A model generated the notes under the pieces. It ran no database searches and was not told the DNA's origin. It saw only the letters and a program-made list of their open reading frames with translations. From Burkholderiales bacterium (lineage in GTDB: Bacteria; Pseudomonadota; Gammaproteobacteria; Burkholderiales; Casimicrobiaceae), in NCBI GenBank assembly GCA_025927765.1, contig JAICKU010000009.1, positions 2,365 to 66,364 of the forward strand: a DNA stretch of 64,000 nt, in the 5' to 3' direction. Made by a program: the position numbers and the translations under genes. This document shows, piece after piece, positions 1 through 10,067 of this stretch (position 1 is the first letter of the stretch; every line of letters starts with the position of its first letter).

Positions 1-193
1 TTCAATGTAACCAAGGCATACGAATTTCATATCTTCTCCTGTTCGGTTAGCAACGTTGGGGGTCGGATTTCGCGTCCTTCCCAATCCATAGTCGTTCGGC
101 AAGCCCTGAATTCGACAGGCGAACGTCGGCTCGTCTCCGCGCGCCTCGCTCGGCCGAACATGGTCCTCCGTTCTACCGTGAGAGGAGGACTAG

Positions 194-419
194 ATGAGCG
201 CAACCATTGCAGCGATTTCGCGGTGAACCTTGGAACAAGCGAAAGCTCGTCGGCCAGACGACGCCGCTCAACGACATCTGGGGCATCCGCGTGCGGCTCC
301 AATTACGGGCCAGCACGCGGAATGCTGCTGCTTGGCCACACACGAAGCTCGAAAGCACTGCGAAATTCCTCGGCATCGAGGTTGCCGACGCTCTCCGTTT
401 CAAGCCTTCCCCCAACTGA
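194..419 (+). pseudogene. Decayed tyrosine recombinase/integrase remnant (internal deletion plus frameshifts)
   Basis: ATG 194 behind GAGGAGGA gives only MSATIAAISR then a stop. The next frame (ORF 207-419) reads EPWNKRKLVGQTTPLNDIWGIRVRLQL, an N-terminus typical of small ~200-aa proteobacterial integrases. It runs directly into HTKLESTAKFLGIEVADAL, the C-terminal catalytic-Tyr box, with Phe where the Tyr of R-Y-L-G is expected. The LLLGH that should precede it lies in a third frame (ORF 160-543). The catalytic core is absent. Confidence 0.5.
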
Positions 420-455
420 ACACCGGACTTCCAAGAGCGAGCGTGAACGGCTTGT

Positions 456-2384
456 TCAAGCGGCCAGGTCCGTGACGGCCTTCAGCAGCTCGCGGGATAT
501 GCGTTCGTCGATTTCCGCGGCATGCTGCAACTGCACGGGATAGCGAATGAGCGCCTCGACGCCCGAGGCGGAGAAGCGCAGCTGCACCTGTGCCTGTACT
601 TCGCCGCTGGCATGCAGCGACGTCGTTTTCTGAATTTCCCGGGTCTGGCGCGCCATGTCTTCGCTGTATTCGCTGAGCACCCGGTTGGCAGCGGCTAGAA
701 GCTTTTCCTTCATTGCCGAGGGGTCGGCCTTCGAAGGCAGCGTGAGCGTGATGTCGTGCCACGCAAGATTGACACCGGGAATGTGCTTGAAGATGCCGCC
801 CGAGGCCTGAAAGACGATCGAATTGGCAAACGCGACTACCCGGCCGGTGGGGCCGAGCGGTGCGTGACCGCTGAGCTCCATCAGATGCAGCCGCACGAGG
901 CCGAGGTCGATGACTTCGCCGGTCACGCTGCCGATCTGCACGCGATCACCGACCCGGATGCCGTACTTCCCAATGAGGAAGAAATAACCGACGATCGAGA
1001 CGAGCACGCTCTGCATGGCCACTGCGACGCCGGCCGTGAGGAGGCCGGCAAACGTAGCGAGCGACCCCAGGTCGGTGGCGAAGGTGAAGGTGACAATGGC
1101 CACTACCAGCGCCCAGCAAACGATTCTGCGCACCAGCAGCAACTGATAGCGTCGCCGCGGCTCGTGCACGTAGCGAAGTACTCCGCGTCGCCATGCTTCC
1201 GCGACTGCGAACACCATTGCCAGCAATGCCAGCAAGATGGCGAGGCGCACTCCCAGCGTTTTCAGTGCGTCGAAGTACTGACTCTTCGCGTTGTCGCGCC
1301 AGCTGCTGAGGTTGCGTCGATACTGATCCAGCAACACGCCTTCCTGGCTCAGCGGAAGAACAATGGCGGAGGTCTGCTTGAAGAGCCACGCCAAGGTGTC
1401 GAACTGATCTCGCACGCTTTTCAAGTCCGCGCCGTTGGGCGAATCCGCCTGCTCGGCGAGGGCGTCACCCCTGGTCGACAGCGCCTTGATCTGCTCCTGG
1501 GGCGGAGTGCGTATTTGCGTAAAAGTGTTCTGCAAAGCGGCCGTCCGGTGGTCCACCATATCGATGGTGCGGAGCTTGCCCGAGAGCCGCAGCACGTTCG
1601 AGGCGAGATCCCAGATGCCGAGCCGTCCTGAACCGTTGTCGCTTCTCGAGCTCGGTGGGCTCGCGGCTGTCGGCGCGGCGGCTGACCCTGACGCGGAACC
1701 GGCTGCGGGACTCGCCGGCCCCGCGGCGCCGCCGGAGGAGGGAATCGATACCGCGATGGCATCGATGTGCGCCTTCAGCGCGTTCACCCCAGTGCCGTTC
1801 GCATCGCTCTGATAGGTGAATTGCGAAATCGAGCTGTGGAGATTGCGTCGCGCGTTCACGAGGTCGAGCTCGCTTTGCAGCTCCGAAATTCTCGCTTGCA
1901 CCTCGGCTCGCTGTGCTTTAGGAGCCGCAGCCAGGCGACGCTGCATGGATGCGATCTCCGCCTGTATCTCCGCGCGCCGCCCATCGAGTTGCTGTTGCAC
2001 CCGCTGCAGCGCCTGGGGCGAGGAAGCCGCATCCGCAGCGGCTTTCTGCGCCACTTCTGCCTGGCTGCTCAGCAGCTCTGCGTTGGCTCGGGCGAGTTCG
2101 AAGGCGAGGCCGACGACTCTGTCAGCAATTTGCCGATTGGCATACAGGATTAGGAGGTCGCTTGGCTGAGTCGCCGATTGTTGCTGGCCGCCCAGGGTGC
2201 GGTACCAGTCCACGGTCTCGTCGAGGATCCGCACGACCTGCTCGCCCGTCATCACGGCGCGAGAAGTTATTGCCTGCGCCGGAGGAGCTGTATTCGAGGA
2301 GCGCGGCGTATCGGCCGCGATGGCCCCATTGAGCAGCGCACCCGCGGCGAGCAGGAGCGCAAGTTTTCGGAGCAGTGACATCAA
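456..2384 (-). CDS. Mechanosensitive ion channel family protein (MscS/MscK-like, large N-terminal coiled-coil region)
   Basis: 642-aa ORF with a signal-like N-terminus (MMSLLRKLALLLAAGALLNGAIAA) and a long Ala/Gln/Arg-rich helical region. TM helices include LAILLALLAMVFAVAEAW and GLLTAGVAVAMQSVLVSIVGYFFLI. The MscS beta-domain pattern GKYGIRVGDRVQIGSVTGEVIDLGLVRLHLMEL follows. Confidence 0.85.
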   Translation of the reverse strand: MMSLLRKLALLLAAGALLNGAIAADTPRSSNTAPPAQAITSRAVMTGEQVVRILDETVDWYRTLGGQQQSATQPSDLLILYANRQIADRVVGLAFELARANAELLSSQAEVAQKAAADAASSPQALQRVQQQLDGRRAEIQAEIASMQRRLAAAPKAQRAEVQARISELQSELDLVNARRNLHSSISQFTYQSDANGTGVNALKAHIDAIAVSIPSSGGAAGPASPAAGSASGSAAAPTAASPPSSRSDNGSGRLGIWDLASNVLRLSGKLRTIDMVDHRTAALQNTFTQIRTPPQEQIKALSTRGDALAEQADSPNGADLKSVRDQFDTLAWLFKQTSAIVLPLSQEGVLLDQYRRNLSSWRDNAKSQYFDALKTLGVRLAILLALLAMVFAVAEAWRRGVLRYVHEPRRRYQLLLVRRIVCWALVVAIVTFTFATDLGSLATFAGLLTAGVAVAMQSVLVSIVGYFFLIGKYGIRVGDRVQIGSVTGEVIDLGLVRLHLMELSGHAPLGPTGRVVAFANSIVFQASGGIFKHIPGVNLAWHDITLTLPSKADPSAMKEKLLAAANRVLSEYSEDMARQTREIQKTTSLHASGEVQAQVQLRFSASGVEALIRYPVQLQHAAEIDERISRELLKAVTDLAA

Positions 2385-2760
2385 GGAATCGTATCGCAGT
2401 CGAAAATTGGCTTCGCTGGTCGTCGTTTCACTCTTCCCTGACTGCGGCCCTCGGCACGGGCTGGATCATCGATGGGCCGGACGTCACGCTCGTTGGCCTA
2501 CTGGCCAGCCGTACTTTTGCGGTTGCTCGCTGTAGCGACGACAATCGCACGCCGCGATGTGGACCTCGTCCACAATGAGGTCGAGCTCGCGGGTACCACC
2601 TCGGATGATGATGGACACCTACCCCGTGACGGTCAGATCGCGAAGCTCGATGCGCCCCATGTCGGAGAGGCCGGTCTGCGTGTATATCGCGTGGCCGAAG
2701 GCGTGGTCATGACGGTCAGGTTGGCGAGCCAATCCATAGCGGTCCGTTCGATTGCCGGCG

Positions 2761-4212
2761 CTATGCAGACACCAGATCACGAAACAGCGCGGCATAAGCG
2801 CGTGCCGGTGCGCGCCAGCTGACGTCCGTAACCATTCCGTGCTTTTGCATGTGCTCCCATCCAACCGGATCGCGCCATAGTTGGCACGCCCGGTCGATCG
2901 CCGATTCCAGCATCTCGAACGACACCGGCGCGAACTGCATCCCAGTAGCCGCGCCAGCGGCAAGCGCCATCTCGTTCGCGTCGACGATGGTATCTGCAAG
3001 GCCACCGACGCGCCCAACGACCGGCACGACACCATAGCGCAGCGCGATCATCTGGGTGAGGCCGCAAGGCTCGAAGCGCGACGGCATCAGCAGCGCATCG
3101 CCACCGCCCTGCATCTGATGCGCGATCGATTCGTCGAAGCCGATTTCGACCGCGACTCGCCGCGGATTCGTCTGGGCGGCCTCTTTGAATCGATGCTCGA
3201 GCTCGGGATCGCCAGTTCCGAGGACGGCGAGTTGCGCGCCCCGATCGAGCAGGGTGGGCAACGCGACCAGCACGAGGTCGGATCCCTTCTGTTCAGTGAG
3301 TCTGCTGACGACGATGAATAGCAATGCTGCGTCGTCGACAGCGAGTCCCAGGCGCTTTTGCAGCCATGCCTTGTTTTCGCGCCGTGAGTCGAGCGAAGTG
3401 ATGTCGTAGCGGGCGGCGAGATGGAAGTCGCGCGCGGGATCCCACACCGTGTCGTCGATGCCGTTACGAATTCCGACCAGGACGTCCGATCGCTTCCGCA
3501 GCAGGCCGTCGAGTCCCATGCCGCCTTCGCGCGTGCGAATTTCTGCCGCGTAGGTCGGTGATACCGTCGTTACGCGATCGGCGAAGGCGATGCCCGCCTT
3601 CAGGTAACCGACATCGCCGTAATATTCGAGCCCGTCGATGGCAAAGGCGTCGTCGGGGAGACCGAGCGACGCAAAGACCGATGCCGGAAACAAGCCCTGG
3701 AAAGCGAGGTTGTGCACGGTCATCACGCTGCGCGGTCGCGGCGACGGCATGAAATGCACGTATGCAGGAATCAGTCCCGCCTGCCAGTCGTGCGCGTGCA
3801 CGATTTGCGGCCGGAAGTCCTCGGCGCCTTCATACGCGATCGTTGCGCCGGCCTGTGCGAGCGCCGCGAAGCGATTTGCGTTGTCTGCCCACGGCTTTCC
3901 GTCGGAGGCGACATACGGATTTCCGGTGCGATCGAACAGGTGCGGCGCATCGAGCACGAACATTCGCGCCCCGGCGACGCGGGCGGCGAGTACTTGCGCG
4001 GGCCCTCCACGCAGCGTGGCGAATTGGCGTACGACGCGCGTTTCATCGAGCGCGCGCCGCACCTGTGGATACCCGGGCACGAGCGTGCGAACGTCGATGC
4101 CCTCTGCTGCAAGGGCTGCGGGCAGCGCCCCCACGACGTCGGCGAGGCCCCCGGTCTTCACCGCGGGATAGGCCTCGGAAGCGACCGCGAGTACCGAGAC
4201 GCTCAACGACAC
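2761..4212 (-). CDS. glgA: Glycogen synthase (ADP-glucose type)
   Basis: 483-aa ORF. N-terminal SEAYPAVKTGGLADVVGALPAAL (K-T-G-G-L-A-D-V motif) and C-terminal LMPSRFEPCGLTQMIALRYGVVPVV. It starts 1 nt after the glgC stop. Confidence 0.93.
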   Translation of the reverse strand: MSLSVSVLAVASEAYPAVKTGGLADVVGALPAALAAEGIDVRTLVPGYPQVRRALDETRVVRQFATLRGGPAQVLAARVAGARMFVLDAPHLFDRTGNPYVASDGKPWADNANRFAALAQAGATIAYEGAEDFRPQIVHAHDWQAGLIPAYVHFMPSPRPRSVMTVHNLAFQGLFPASVFASLGLPDDAFAIDGLEYYGDVGYLKAGIAFADRVTTVSPTYAAEIRTREGGMGLDGLLRKRSDVLVGIRNGIDDTVWDPARDFHLAARYDITSLDSRRENKAWLQKRLGLAVDDAALLFIVVSRLTEQKGSDLVLVALPTLLDRGAQLAVLGTGDPELEHRFKEAAQTNPRRVAVEIGFDESIAHQMQGGGDALLMPSRFEPCGLTQMIALRYGVVPVVGRVGGLADTIVDANEMALAAGAATGMQFAPVSFEMLESAIDRACQLWRDPVGWEHMQKHGMVTDVSWRAPARAYAALFRDLVSA

Positions 4213-4213
4213 A

Positions 4214-5476
4214 TCAATGAGCGAGTCGATCGATCATCGGCTGGGTGACGAGCGTCACGCCGCCTTCGGTGCGGCGGAAGCACGCCGAGTCTCGCTCGGG
4301 ATCTTCGCCGATGACGAGATCGTCCGGAATGCGAACGCCACGATCGACGATCGCGCGAGAAAGACGCGAGCGCCTGCCGAGTTCGACGTAGGGCAGCACG
4401 ACGCAGTCCTCGACGCGCGCGTGCGAATGCATGTGTGTGCCCGTCGACAGCAGCGAGCGGCGCACCTGCCCGCCCGAAATGATGCAGCCCCCGGAAACGA
4501 GCGAGCTATCCGCGGTGCCTTCATGCCCCTCCTCGTCCTGCACGAACTTCGCGGGCGGCGTAATTTCGCTGTACGTCCAAATGGGCCAATCGCGGTCGTA
4601 CAGGTCGAGCGCCGGCATCACCCCGGTCAGGTCCATGTTCGCCGACCAGTACGCGTCGAGCGTGCCGACATCGCGCCAGTAGGCGGCCCCTTCCGTGCTC
4701 GAGCGCACGCAGGACTTGGTGAACCTGTGAGCGTACGCGCGGCCATTCGCGACGAGCCAGGGAATGACGTCCCGGCCGAAGTCGCGTGTCGATTCCGGAT
4801 CGGCGGCGTCGCGCCGAAGCTGGTCGTTCAGCAACTGGCGCCCGAACGCATAAATGCCCATGCTGGCCAGTGCGTAACCCGGCCGATCGGGCATCTCCGG
4901 TGGTTGTGCCGGTTTTTCGACGAATGCGACGATTCGGTCACGTGCGTCGACGTGCATGACGCCGAACGAACTCGCCTCTTCGATCGGCACCTCGATGCAG
5001 GCGACCGTTACGTCGGCATTGCGCTCGACGTGCTCGACGAGCATCGGCTCGTAGTCCATCTTGTAGACATGGTCACCTGCAAGCACGAGCAGGTAGTCCG
5101 GGCCATAGCTGTCGATAATGTCGATGTTCTGATAGAGGGCGTCCGCGGTTCCCGCGTACCACTGCTCCGAGACGCGCTGGCTGGCCGGCAGGATGTCGAA
5201 ACTCTCGTTGCGGAACGGGTGCAGGAAATTCCAGCCGCGCTGCAAATGCCGGATCAGGCTGTGCGCCTTGTACTGAGTTGCGACTGCAATACGGCGAATG
5301 CCTGAATTGATCGCATTCGACAGCGCGAAATCGATGATCCGCGATTTGCCGGCAAAGAACACTGCGGGCTTGGCCCGGACCGCAGTGAGTTCCATCAGGC
5401 GGCTTCCGCGTCCGCCCGCGAGCACGTAGGCCATCGTCGAGCGGGACAACGGCCGCCTGATGCTCTCTCGATCCAT
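4214..5476 (-). CDS. glgC: Glucose-1-phosphate adenylyltransferase
   Basis: 420-aa ORF with [44 protein letters not shown] (GGxGxRL loop), FVEKP, and a C-terminal beta-helix-like region. It lies immediately upstream of glgA. Confidence 0.93.
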   Translation of the reverse strand: MDRESIRRPLSRSTMAYVLAGGRGSRLMELTAVRAKPAVFFAGKSRIIDFALSNAINSGIRRIAVATQYKAHSLIRHLQRGWNFLHPFRNESFDILPASQRVSEQWYAGTADALYQNIDIIDSYGPDYLLVLAGDHVYKMDYEPMLVEHVERNADVTVACIEVPIEEASSFGVMHVDARDRIVAFVEKPAQPPEMPDRPGYALASMGIYAFGRQLLNDQLRRDAADPESTRDFGRDVIPWLVANGRAYAHRFTKSCVRSSTEGAAYWRDVGTLDAYWSANMDLTGVMPALDLYDRDWPIWTYSEITPPAKFVQDEEGHEGTADSSLVSGGCIISGGQVRRSLLSTGTHMHSHARVEDCVVLPYVELGRRSRLSRAIVDRGVRIPDDLVIGEDPERDSACFRRTEGGVTLVTQPMIDRLAH

Positions 5477-5804
5477 CGCTCACCCGTCGTTTCGTCCGGA
5501 AGCAGAGGCTGCTCCACTACCGCGGCCCTGCACGCCTCGTTTGCGCTGCTCCAGCACATTCGTCGATTCGAGCTTGGCCGCCTTCGTTCCGACGAGCCCC
5601 GACCACGGTGATCTTACCCCTGCGAACGATCTTCCCGACTCCTCGACTGAGCACGCGCGGTTGGGTCTTGTCACGCGCGGCCAAGTTGGAATAGCATTCC
5701 ATCTTTGATCGTCATCCTGCCTTGATCGGCGCAATGACGAAGAGCGGCCGTGGAGAGCCCCGCGGTTCGTCAACCATGCAGGGGCACGGAGGAGCGGCAA
5801 GAGC

Positions 5805-6689
5805 ATGTCGGTGACCACGTCGCTGAAGCAGGCGGGCGCGATTGCGCGCGCCGATGATTGGCAGGCGCCGCCCGAGGCCGAAGCGTTCCAGGGCAAGTCG
5901 CAACGCACGCGTTCGAAAGGGACGCGATTTCTGCGTCGCATTGCGTGGAACCTGCTGCCGCCAATGACGTTCGCCGCCATGGTCGCGCTCTGGTGGGGTG
6001 CCGTCGTGGCGTTCAGGATCCCGGCCTATCTCCTCCCGGGGCCCGGTGCCGTCTTCTCGCGCATTGTCACCGACGCGCCGATGTTGTGGGCGAACGCGCA
6101 AGTCACGCTGATCGAGATTCTGCTCGGCTTCGCCCTCACGATCGTCACGTCGATTCCGCTCGGGCTCGTGATCGCGCTCTCCGCCGTGGCGCGGCAGGTC
6201 GTCTATCCGCCGATCATGCTGATGCAGCTCGTGCCGAAGATCGCTGTCGCGCCGCTCTTCCTCGTGTGGCTCGGCTTCGGACTCGAGTCCAAGGTGCTGC
6301 TGACGATCCTGATGACGTTTTTCCCGCTGCTTCTCGCGAGCATCAGCGGGTTCATGATCCTCGACGATCGCCTGCTCTACCTCACGAAATCGATGGGCGC
6401 GTCGAGCTGGGACACGTTTCGCTACCTGCGCTTTCCGGCCGCGCTTCCCGTCATCTTCTCGGGCATCAAGACGTCGGCGACCATTGCGGCTACCGCCGCC
6501 ATCGTCGCCGAGTTCGTCGGCGCGAACAAAGGGCTGGGCTACGTGCTGCTTCGCGGCACGAGCACGATGGACATCGAGCTCGTCTTCGCGGTCCTCGTCG
6601 TGCTCACGATCGTCGGCATCGTCATCAACTATGCAGTCGAGTTCTGCGAGTGGGCGCTGACGCCCTGGCAGCGAGCGAAGAACACCTGA
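5805..6689 (+). CDS. ABC transporter permease, NitT/TauT (SsuC/TauC-like) family
   Basis: 294 aa, about 6 hydrophobic helices. Conserved cytoplasmic loop LYLTKSMGASSWDTFRYLRFPAALPVIFSGIKTS, typical of binding-protein-dependent permeases. Confidence 0.85.
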   Translation: MSVTTSLKQAGAIARADDWQAPPEAEAFQGKSQRTRSKGTRFLRRIAWNLLPPMTFAAMVALWWGAVVAFRIPAYLLPGPGAVFSRIVTDAPMLWANAQVTLIEILLGFALTIVTSIPLGLVIALSAVARQVVYPPIMLMQLVPKIAVAPLFLVWLGFGLESKVLLTILMTFFPLLLASISGFMILDDRLLYLTKSMGASSWDTFRYLRFPAALPVIFSGIKTSATIAATAAIVAEFVGANKGLGYVLLRGTSTMDIELVFAVLVVLTIVGIVINYAVEFCEWALTPWQRAKNT

Positions 6690-6758
6690 TGCGAAACGCA
6701 GTTGCGATCACCCACCGGGCGGCCTGGACCGGCGACCCGCAATCACCGAGGAGGAATC

Positions 6759-7772
6759 ATGCGTCAAGGGCTTTGGAAGTCGCTAACGACGGTCACGATC
6801 GCTGCCGTGTTCGCGGCTGCCGCAACGTCGGTCGCCGCGGCGAACACGCCGGTCACGTTCCAGCTCAACTGGATGGCCGGGGGGCCTAACGCGGGCTTTG
6901 CCGCGGCACTCGCGGAAGGCTATTACAAGGATGTTGGTCTCGACGTCACGCTCGTTCAGGGCAATGGCTCGGGCAACACGGCGCAACTCGTGGCCAATGG
7001 TCGTGCGCAGCTCGCCTATGCCGACGCGGTCGCCGTCATGCAGCTGATCGCGAAGGGCGCGCCGATGAAGGTCGTGTCGACGATCTATCAATCGAACCCG
7101 AACGCGGTGATGGCGCTCAAGAAGGAGAACATTCACACGGTGAAGGACCTGGTCGGCAAGAAGGTCGGGGTTCCGTCGGGCTCGTCGCAGACGACGATGC
7201 TGCCCCTTTTGTGGAAGGCCAACGGGATCAAGGAATCCGAAGTCAACACGATCGACATGCCGCCGTCGTCGATGGTGCCGGCGCTGTTGCAAGGGCAGGT
7301 CGACGCGGTGCTCGGGTCCATCGATGCGTACCAGATCCAGGCCGAATCGCAGGGTGCGAAGCTCGACGTGTTCCGCTTCGCCGATCACGGCGTGCCAACG
7401 GTCAGCACGTCCATTTTCGCGAGCGACGACTACCTGAAGAGCCATCCGGACGTCACGAAGAAGTTCATCGCAGCGAGCCTGAAGGGCTGGAGCTTCGCGC
7501 TCGACCATCCGGAACAGGCGATCAAGGACCTGAAAAAGGTGTTTCCGGATCTGAACGAGAAGCTCGCGACGCAGGAGCTTGCCGCCATCACGCCGCTCTT
7601 CTGCAGCGGTGGCGCGAAGTACATCGGCAAGGCCGAGGACGCGCTGTGGACGAAGTCGCAGGAGCTGCTCGCGGAGGTGAAGCTGCTTCCCGCCGGGCAG
7701 GATCCGAAGTCGTACTACACCGACGCCTACCTGCCGCCCGCATCCCAGATGCGCGCCTGCAAGGCGTCCTAA
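6759..7772 (+). CDS. ABC transporter periplasmic substrate-binding protein (NMT1/THI5/SsuA-like)
   Basis: The longest ORF starts at 6702. I prefer ATG 6759, which is preceded by GAGGAGGA. Signal peptide MRQGLWKSLTTVTIAAVFAAAATSVAAANTP, then VTFQLNWMAGGPNAGFAAALAEGYYKDVGLDVTLVQG, typical of this SBP family. Confidence 0.8.
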   Translation: MRQGLWKSLTTVTIAAVFAAAATSVAAANTPVTFQLNWMAGGPNAGFAAALAEGYYKDVGLDVTLVQGNGSGNTAQLVANGRAQLAYADAVAVMQLIAKGAPMKVVSTIYQSNPNAVMALKKENIHTVKDLVGKKVGVPSGSSQTTMLPLLWKANGIKESEVNTIDMPPSSMVPALLQGQVDAVLGSIDAYQIQAESQGAKLDVFRFADHGVPTVSTSIFASDDYLKSHPDVTKKFIAASLKGWSFALDHPEQAIKDLKKVFPDLNEKLATQELAAITPLFCSGGAKYIGKAEDALWTKSQELLAEVKLLPAGQDPKSYYTDAYLPPASQMRACKAS

Positions 7773-7800
7773 CCGCGACCGACACGGAGAACCGCCGGCG

Positions 7801-8316
7801 ATGGGCAGCGAGCGCAAGTTGGGCTACACGTACGACGACCTGCACGTCGGGATGGCGTTTCGCAGTCCCGGCCGTACGATCACCGATGCCGACCTCGTCG
7901 CCTTCGCCGGGCTCACCGGCGACTACTCCGAGTTGCATACGAGCGACGTCTATGCGAAGAGCAGCGAGTTCGGCCGGCGCGTCGCGCACGGCATGCTGGG
8001 CCTCGCGTATGCACACGGGCTCATGTGGGCGCGCACCGGCGAGCTGCGCGAAACGGCGATTGCGTTCCTCGGCATCGACGATTGGAGGTTCGTGGCGCCG
8101 ATCTTCGTCGGCGACACGATTTTCGTGGACTACCGCATCGCCGAGTTGCGCGACAGCAAGTCGCGGCCGACGCAGGCGATCGCGACGTTCGACGTCGAGG
8201 TCGTCAACCAGGACGGGGGCGTGGTGCAGCGCGGCCGCAAGGCGTTGCTCGTGTCCAAGGTGCCATTGCGCGGCGTCGAGGCGTCGAAGGCCGCGTCCAC
8301 CAGCCAGCGCGGGTGA
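7801..8316 (+). CDS. MaoC-like (R)-specific enoyl-CoA hydratase/dehydratase (hot-dog fold)
   Basis: 171 aa with ITDADLVAFAGLTGDYSELHTSDVYAKSSEFGRRVAHGMLGL (MaoC dehydratase signature region). Confidence 0.85.
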   Translation: MGSERKLGYTYDDLHVGMAFRSPGRTITDADLVAFAGLTGDYSELHTSDVYAKSSEFGRRVAHGMLGLAYAHGLMWARTGELRETAIAFLGIDDWRFVAPIFVGDTIFVDYRIAELRDSKSRPTQAIATFDVEVVNQDGGVVQRGRKALLVSKVPLRGVEASKAASTSQRG

Positions 8317-9155
8317 TGCAACGCATGAAGGACGCGGCGGCGGTCAGCGAGAAGTGCGGGGTTCCCATCGCCATTCGTGGGGTGGCGAAGATCTTCGGCG
8401 AGGACGGCGACAACCCGTTTCGTGCGCTGAAGGAAGTGAGCGTCGATATCGACGCGGGCGAGTTCGTGTCCGTCGTCGGTCCGTCGGGCTGCGGCAAGAG
8501 CACGTTGATGCTGATGGTCGCGGGCCTGCTCGATCGGAGTCGCGGCGACATCGAGATCGCAGGCCAATCGGTCACACGGCCCGTCACCGACGTCGGCATC
8601 GCATTCCAGGACCACCTGCTGCTCGATTTCCGCACGGCGCTCGATAACGTCACGCTGCACGCCGACATCCGGAAGCTGCCGAAGAAGCAGATCGAGGGAC
8701 GCGCCAGGGAGCTGTTCGCGCAACTGCGGTTGACGCACGCGATGGACAAATATCCGCGCCAGCTTTCCGGCGGCATGCGCCAACGGGTGTCGCTGATCCG
8801 CACCGTCGTGCACGACCCGCCGCTGCTCCTGATGGACGAGCCATTCGGCGCGCTCGATGCGCTGACGCGCCTGCAGGTTCGCACCGACCTCGAGGCGCTG
8901 TGGCTGCGCCGGCGCCCGACGGTCCTCTTCATCACGCACAGCGTCGAGGAGGCCGTGGGGCTGTCCGATCGCATCCTCGTCATGAGCCCGAGTCCGGGCG
9001 AAGTCATTGAGGACATCCGTGTCGACATTCCCCGGCCGCGGCCGATCGTGCTCGGCGACGTGCCGGAGTTCTCCGCCTACGTCGATCGCATCCATCGGCA
9101 CTTCGAGCGTCTCGGCGTGCTGCACGGTCTCGACGCGAACGCGCAAAACGCCTAA
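8316..9155 (+). CDS. ABC transporter ATP-binding protein (NitT/TauT family)
   Basis: The longest ORF (from 8025) overlaps the MaoC gene out of frame, and that part is Arg-rich junk. I prefer ATG 8316 (TGATG overlap with the MaoC stop). Walker A GPSGCGKST, signature LSGGMRQRVSLIR, Walker B LLLMDEPFGALD, H-loop FITHSVEEA. Confidence 0.9.
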   Translation: MQRMKDAAAVSEKCGVPIAIRGVAKIFGEDGDNPFRALKEVSVDIDAGEFVSVVGPSGCGKSTLMLMVAGLLDRSRGDIEIAGQSVTRPVTDVGIAFQDHLLLDFRTALDNVTLHADIRKLPKKQIEGRARELFAQLRLTHAMDKYPRQLSGGMRQRVSLIRTVVHDPPLLLMDEPFGALDALTRLQVRTDLEALWLRRRPTVLFITHSVEEAVGLSDRILVMSPSPGEVIEDIRVDIPRPRPIVLGDVPEFSAYVDRIHRHFERLGVLHGLDANAQNA

Positions 9156-9982
9156 TGAATCCGGGCCGAGGCAGCGACATGCGAACCGGGCAAGTGACGC
9201 AGCAACCGTCTTCCTCGTCGGTATCGCTGCGCGTCGGTGACGCGATCGCGGAGATCGCCCTCGATGGCGGGCCGCTCAATCTCGTCGATCAGCCACTGCT
9301 CCGCAGCCTGAATGCAGCGTTGCGCAAGCTCGCGCACATGCCTGACATTCGCTGCGTGATCCTGCATGGTGGGCATGCCCGTGCGTTTTGCGCGGGAAGC
9401 GACATGCGCGAATTCGCAGAGCTGCGCGCCGACGCGAGCGAGCACAAGATCCTGTTCGAGGATATGGTGCTACGCACCTTGGCGCGCCTGCCCATGCCAA
9501 CGATCGCGGCAATCGACGGACCGGCGCTCGGCGGCGGCTTCGAGCTGGCGCTCGCGTGCGACCTTCGCGTGTGCGCGAAGGACGCACGGCTCGGCCTCAC
9601 CGAGTCGCGCATCGGAGGTTTGGCTGCGAACGGTGCCGTGCGCGTCACACGACTCGCCGGGCCGGCGCGCGCCAAGGAACTGATGTTCACGGGCGACACG
9701 ATCGGCGCCGAGCAGGCACTCGCGTGGGGACTCGTCAATCGTGTAGCCGAGGCGGGGGGCGCGCTCGAGGCTTCGCGCGTTCTGGCGCGCACCGTCGCGA
9801 CGCGCGGTCCGGTGTCGAATCGGCTGGCGAAGCGGCTGGTCGACGCGGCACAGGATGCGCCGCTCGATGCCGCGCTGTCTCAATCGACGGTTGCGCAGCA
9901 GGAGATCTTCGACAGCAACGATCTGCACGAAGGCGTGGCTGCGTTCTTTGCGAAACGGGCGCCGGTGTTCGAGGGGCATTGA
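9155..9982 (+). CDS. Enoyl-CoA hydratase/isomerase (crotonase) family protein
   Basis: 275 aa with RCVILHGGHARAFCAGSDMREF and IAAIDGPALGGGFELALACDLRVCAKDARLGLTESRIG. The start ATG overlaps the ATPase stop (TAATG). An alternative ATG lies at 9179. Confidence 0.88.
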   Translation: MNPGRGSDMRTGQVTQQPSSSSVSLRVGDAIAEIALDGGPLNLVDQPLLRSLNAALRKLAHMPDIRCVILHGGHARAFCAGSDMREFAELRADASEHKILFEDMVLRTLARLPMPTIAAIDGPALGGGFELALACDLRVCAKDARLGLTESRIGGLAANGAVRVTRLAGPARAKELMFTGDTIGAEQALAWGLVNRVAEAGGALEASRVLARTVATRGPVSNRLAKRLVDAAQDAPLDAALSQSTVAQQEIFDSNDLHEGVAAFFAKRAPVFEGH

Positions 9983-10067
9983 CGGATGAAACGGCCCCCA
10001 CGTTCGCTTCGCTCGCTGCCTCCGGAGGGGGCGGGCCAGTCCCTCGGGGCGGCCCTTCGGGACTGAC

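Noticed and set aside
2385-2760. A possible gene remnant on the minus strand between the MscS and glgA genes (peptides ...HAFGHAIYTQTGLSDMGRIELRDLTVTG and ...IIIRGGTRELDLIVDEVHI in two frames).
   Set aside because: The frames are short and broken and I cannot assign a family. It could be a relic, but the evidence is too thin for a feature.
5477-5804. Checked for a TPP (THI-box) riboswitch upstream of the transporter cluster, because its SBP is NMT1/THI5-like.
   Set aside because: The conserved CUGAGA / ACCUGAUCUGGAUAAUGCCAGCG-type elements are not visible, so there is no support for a riboswitch.
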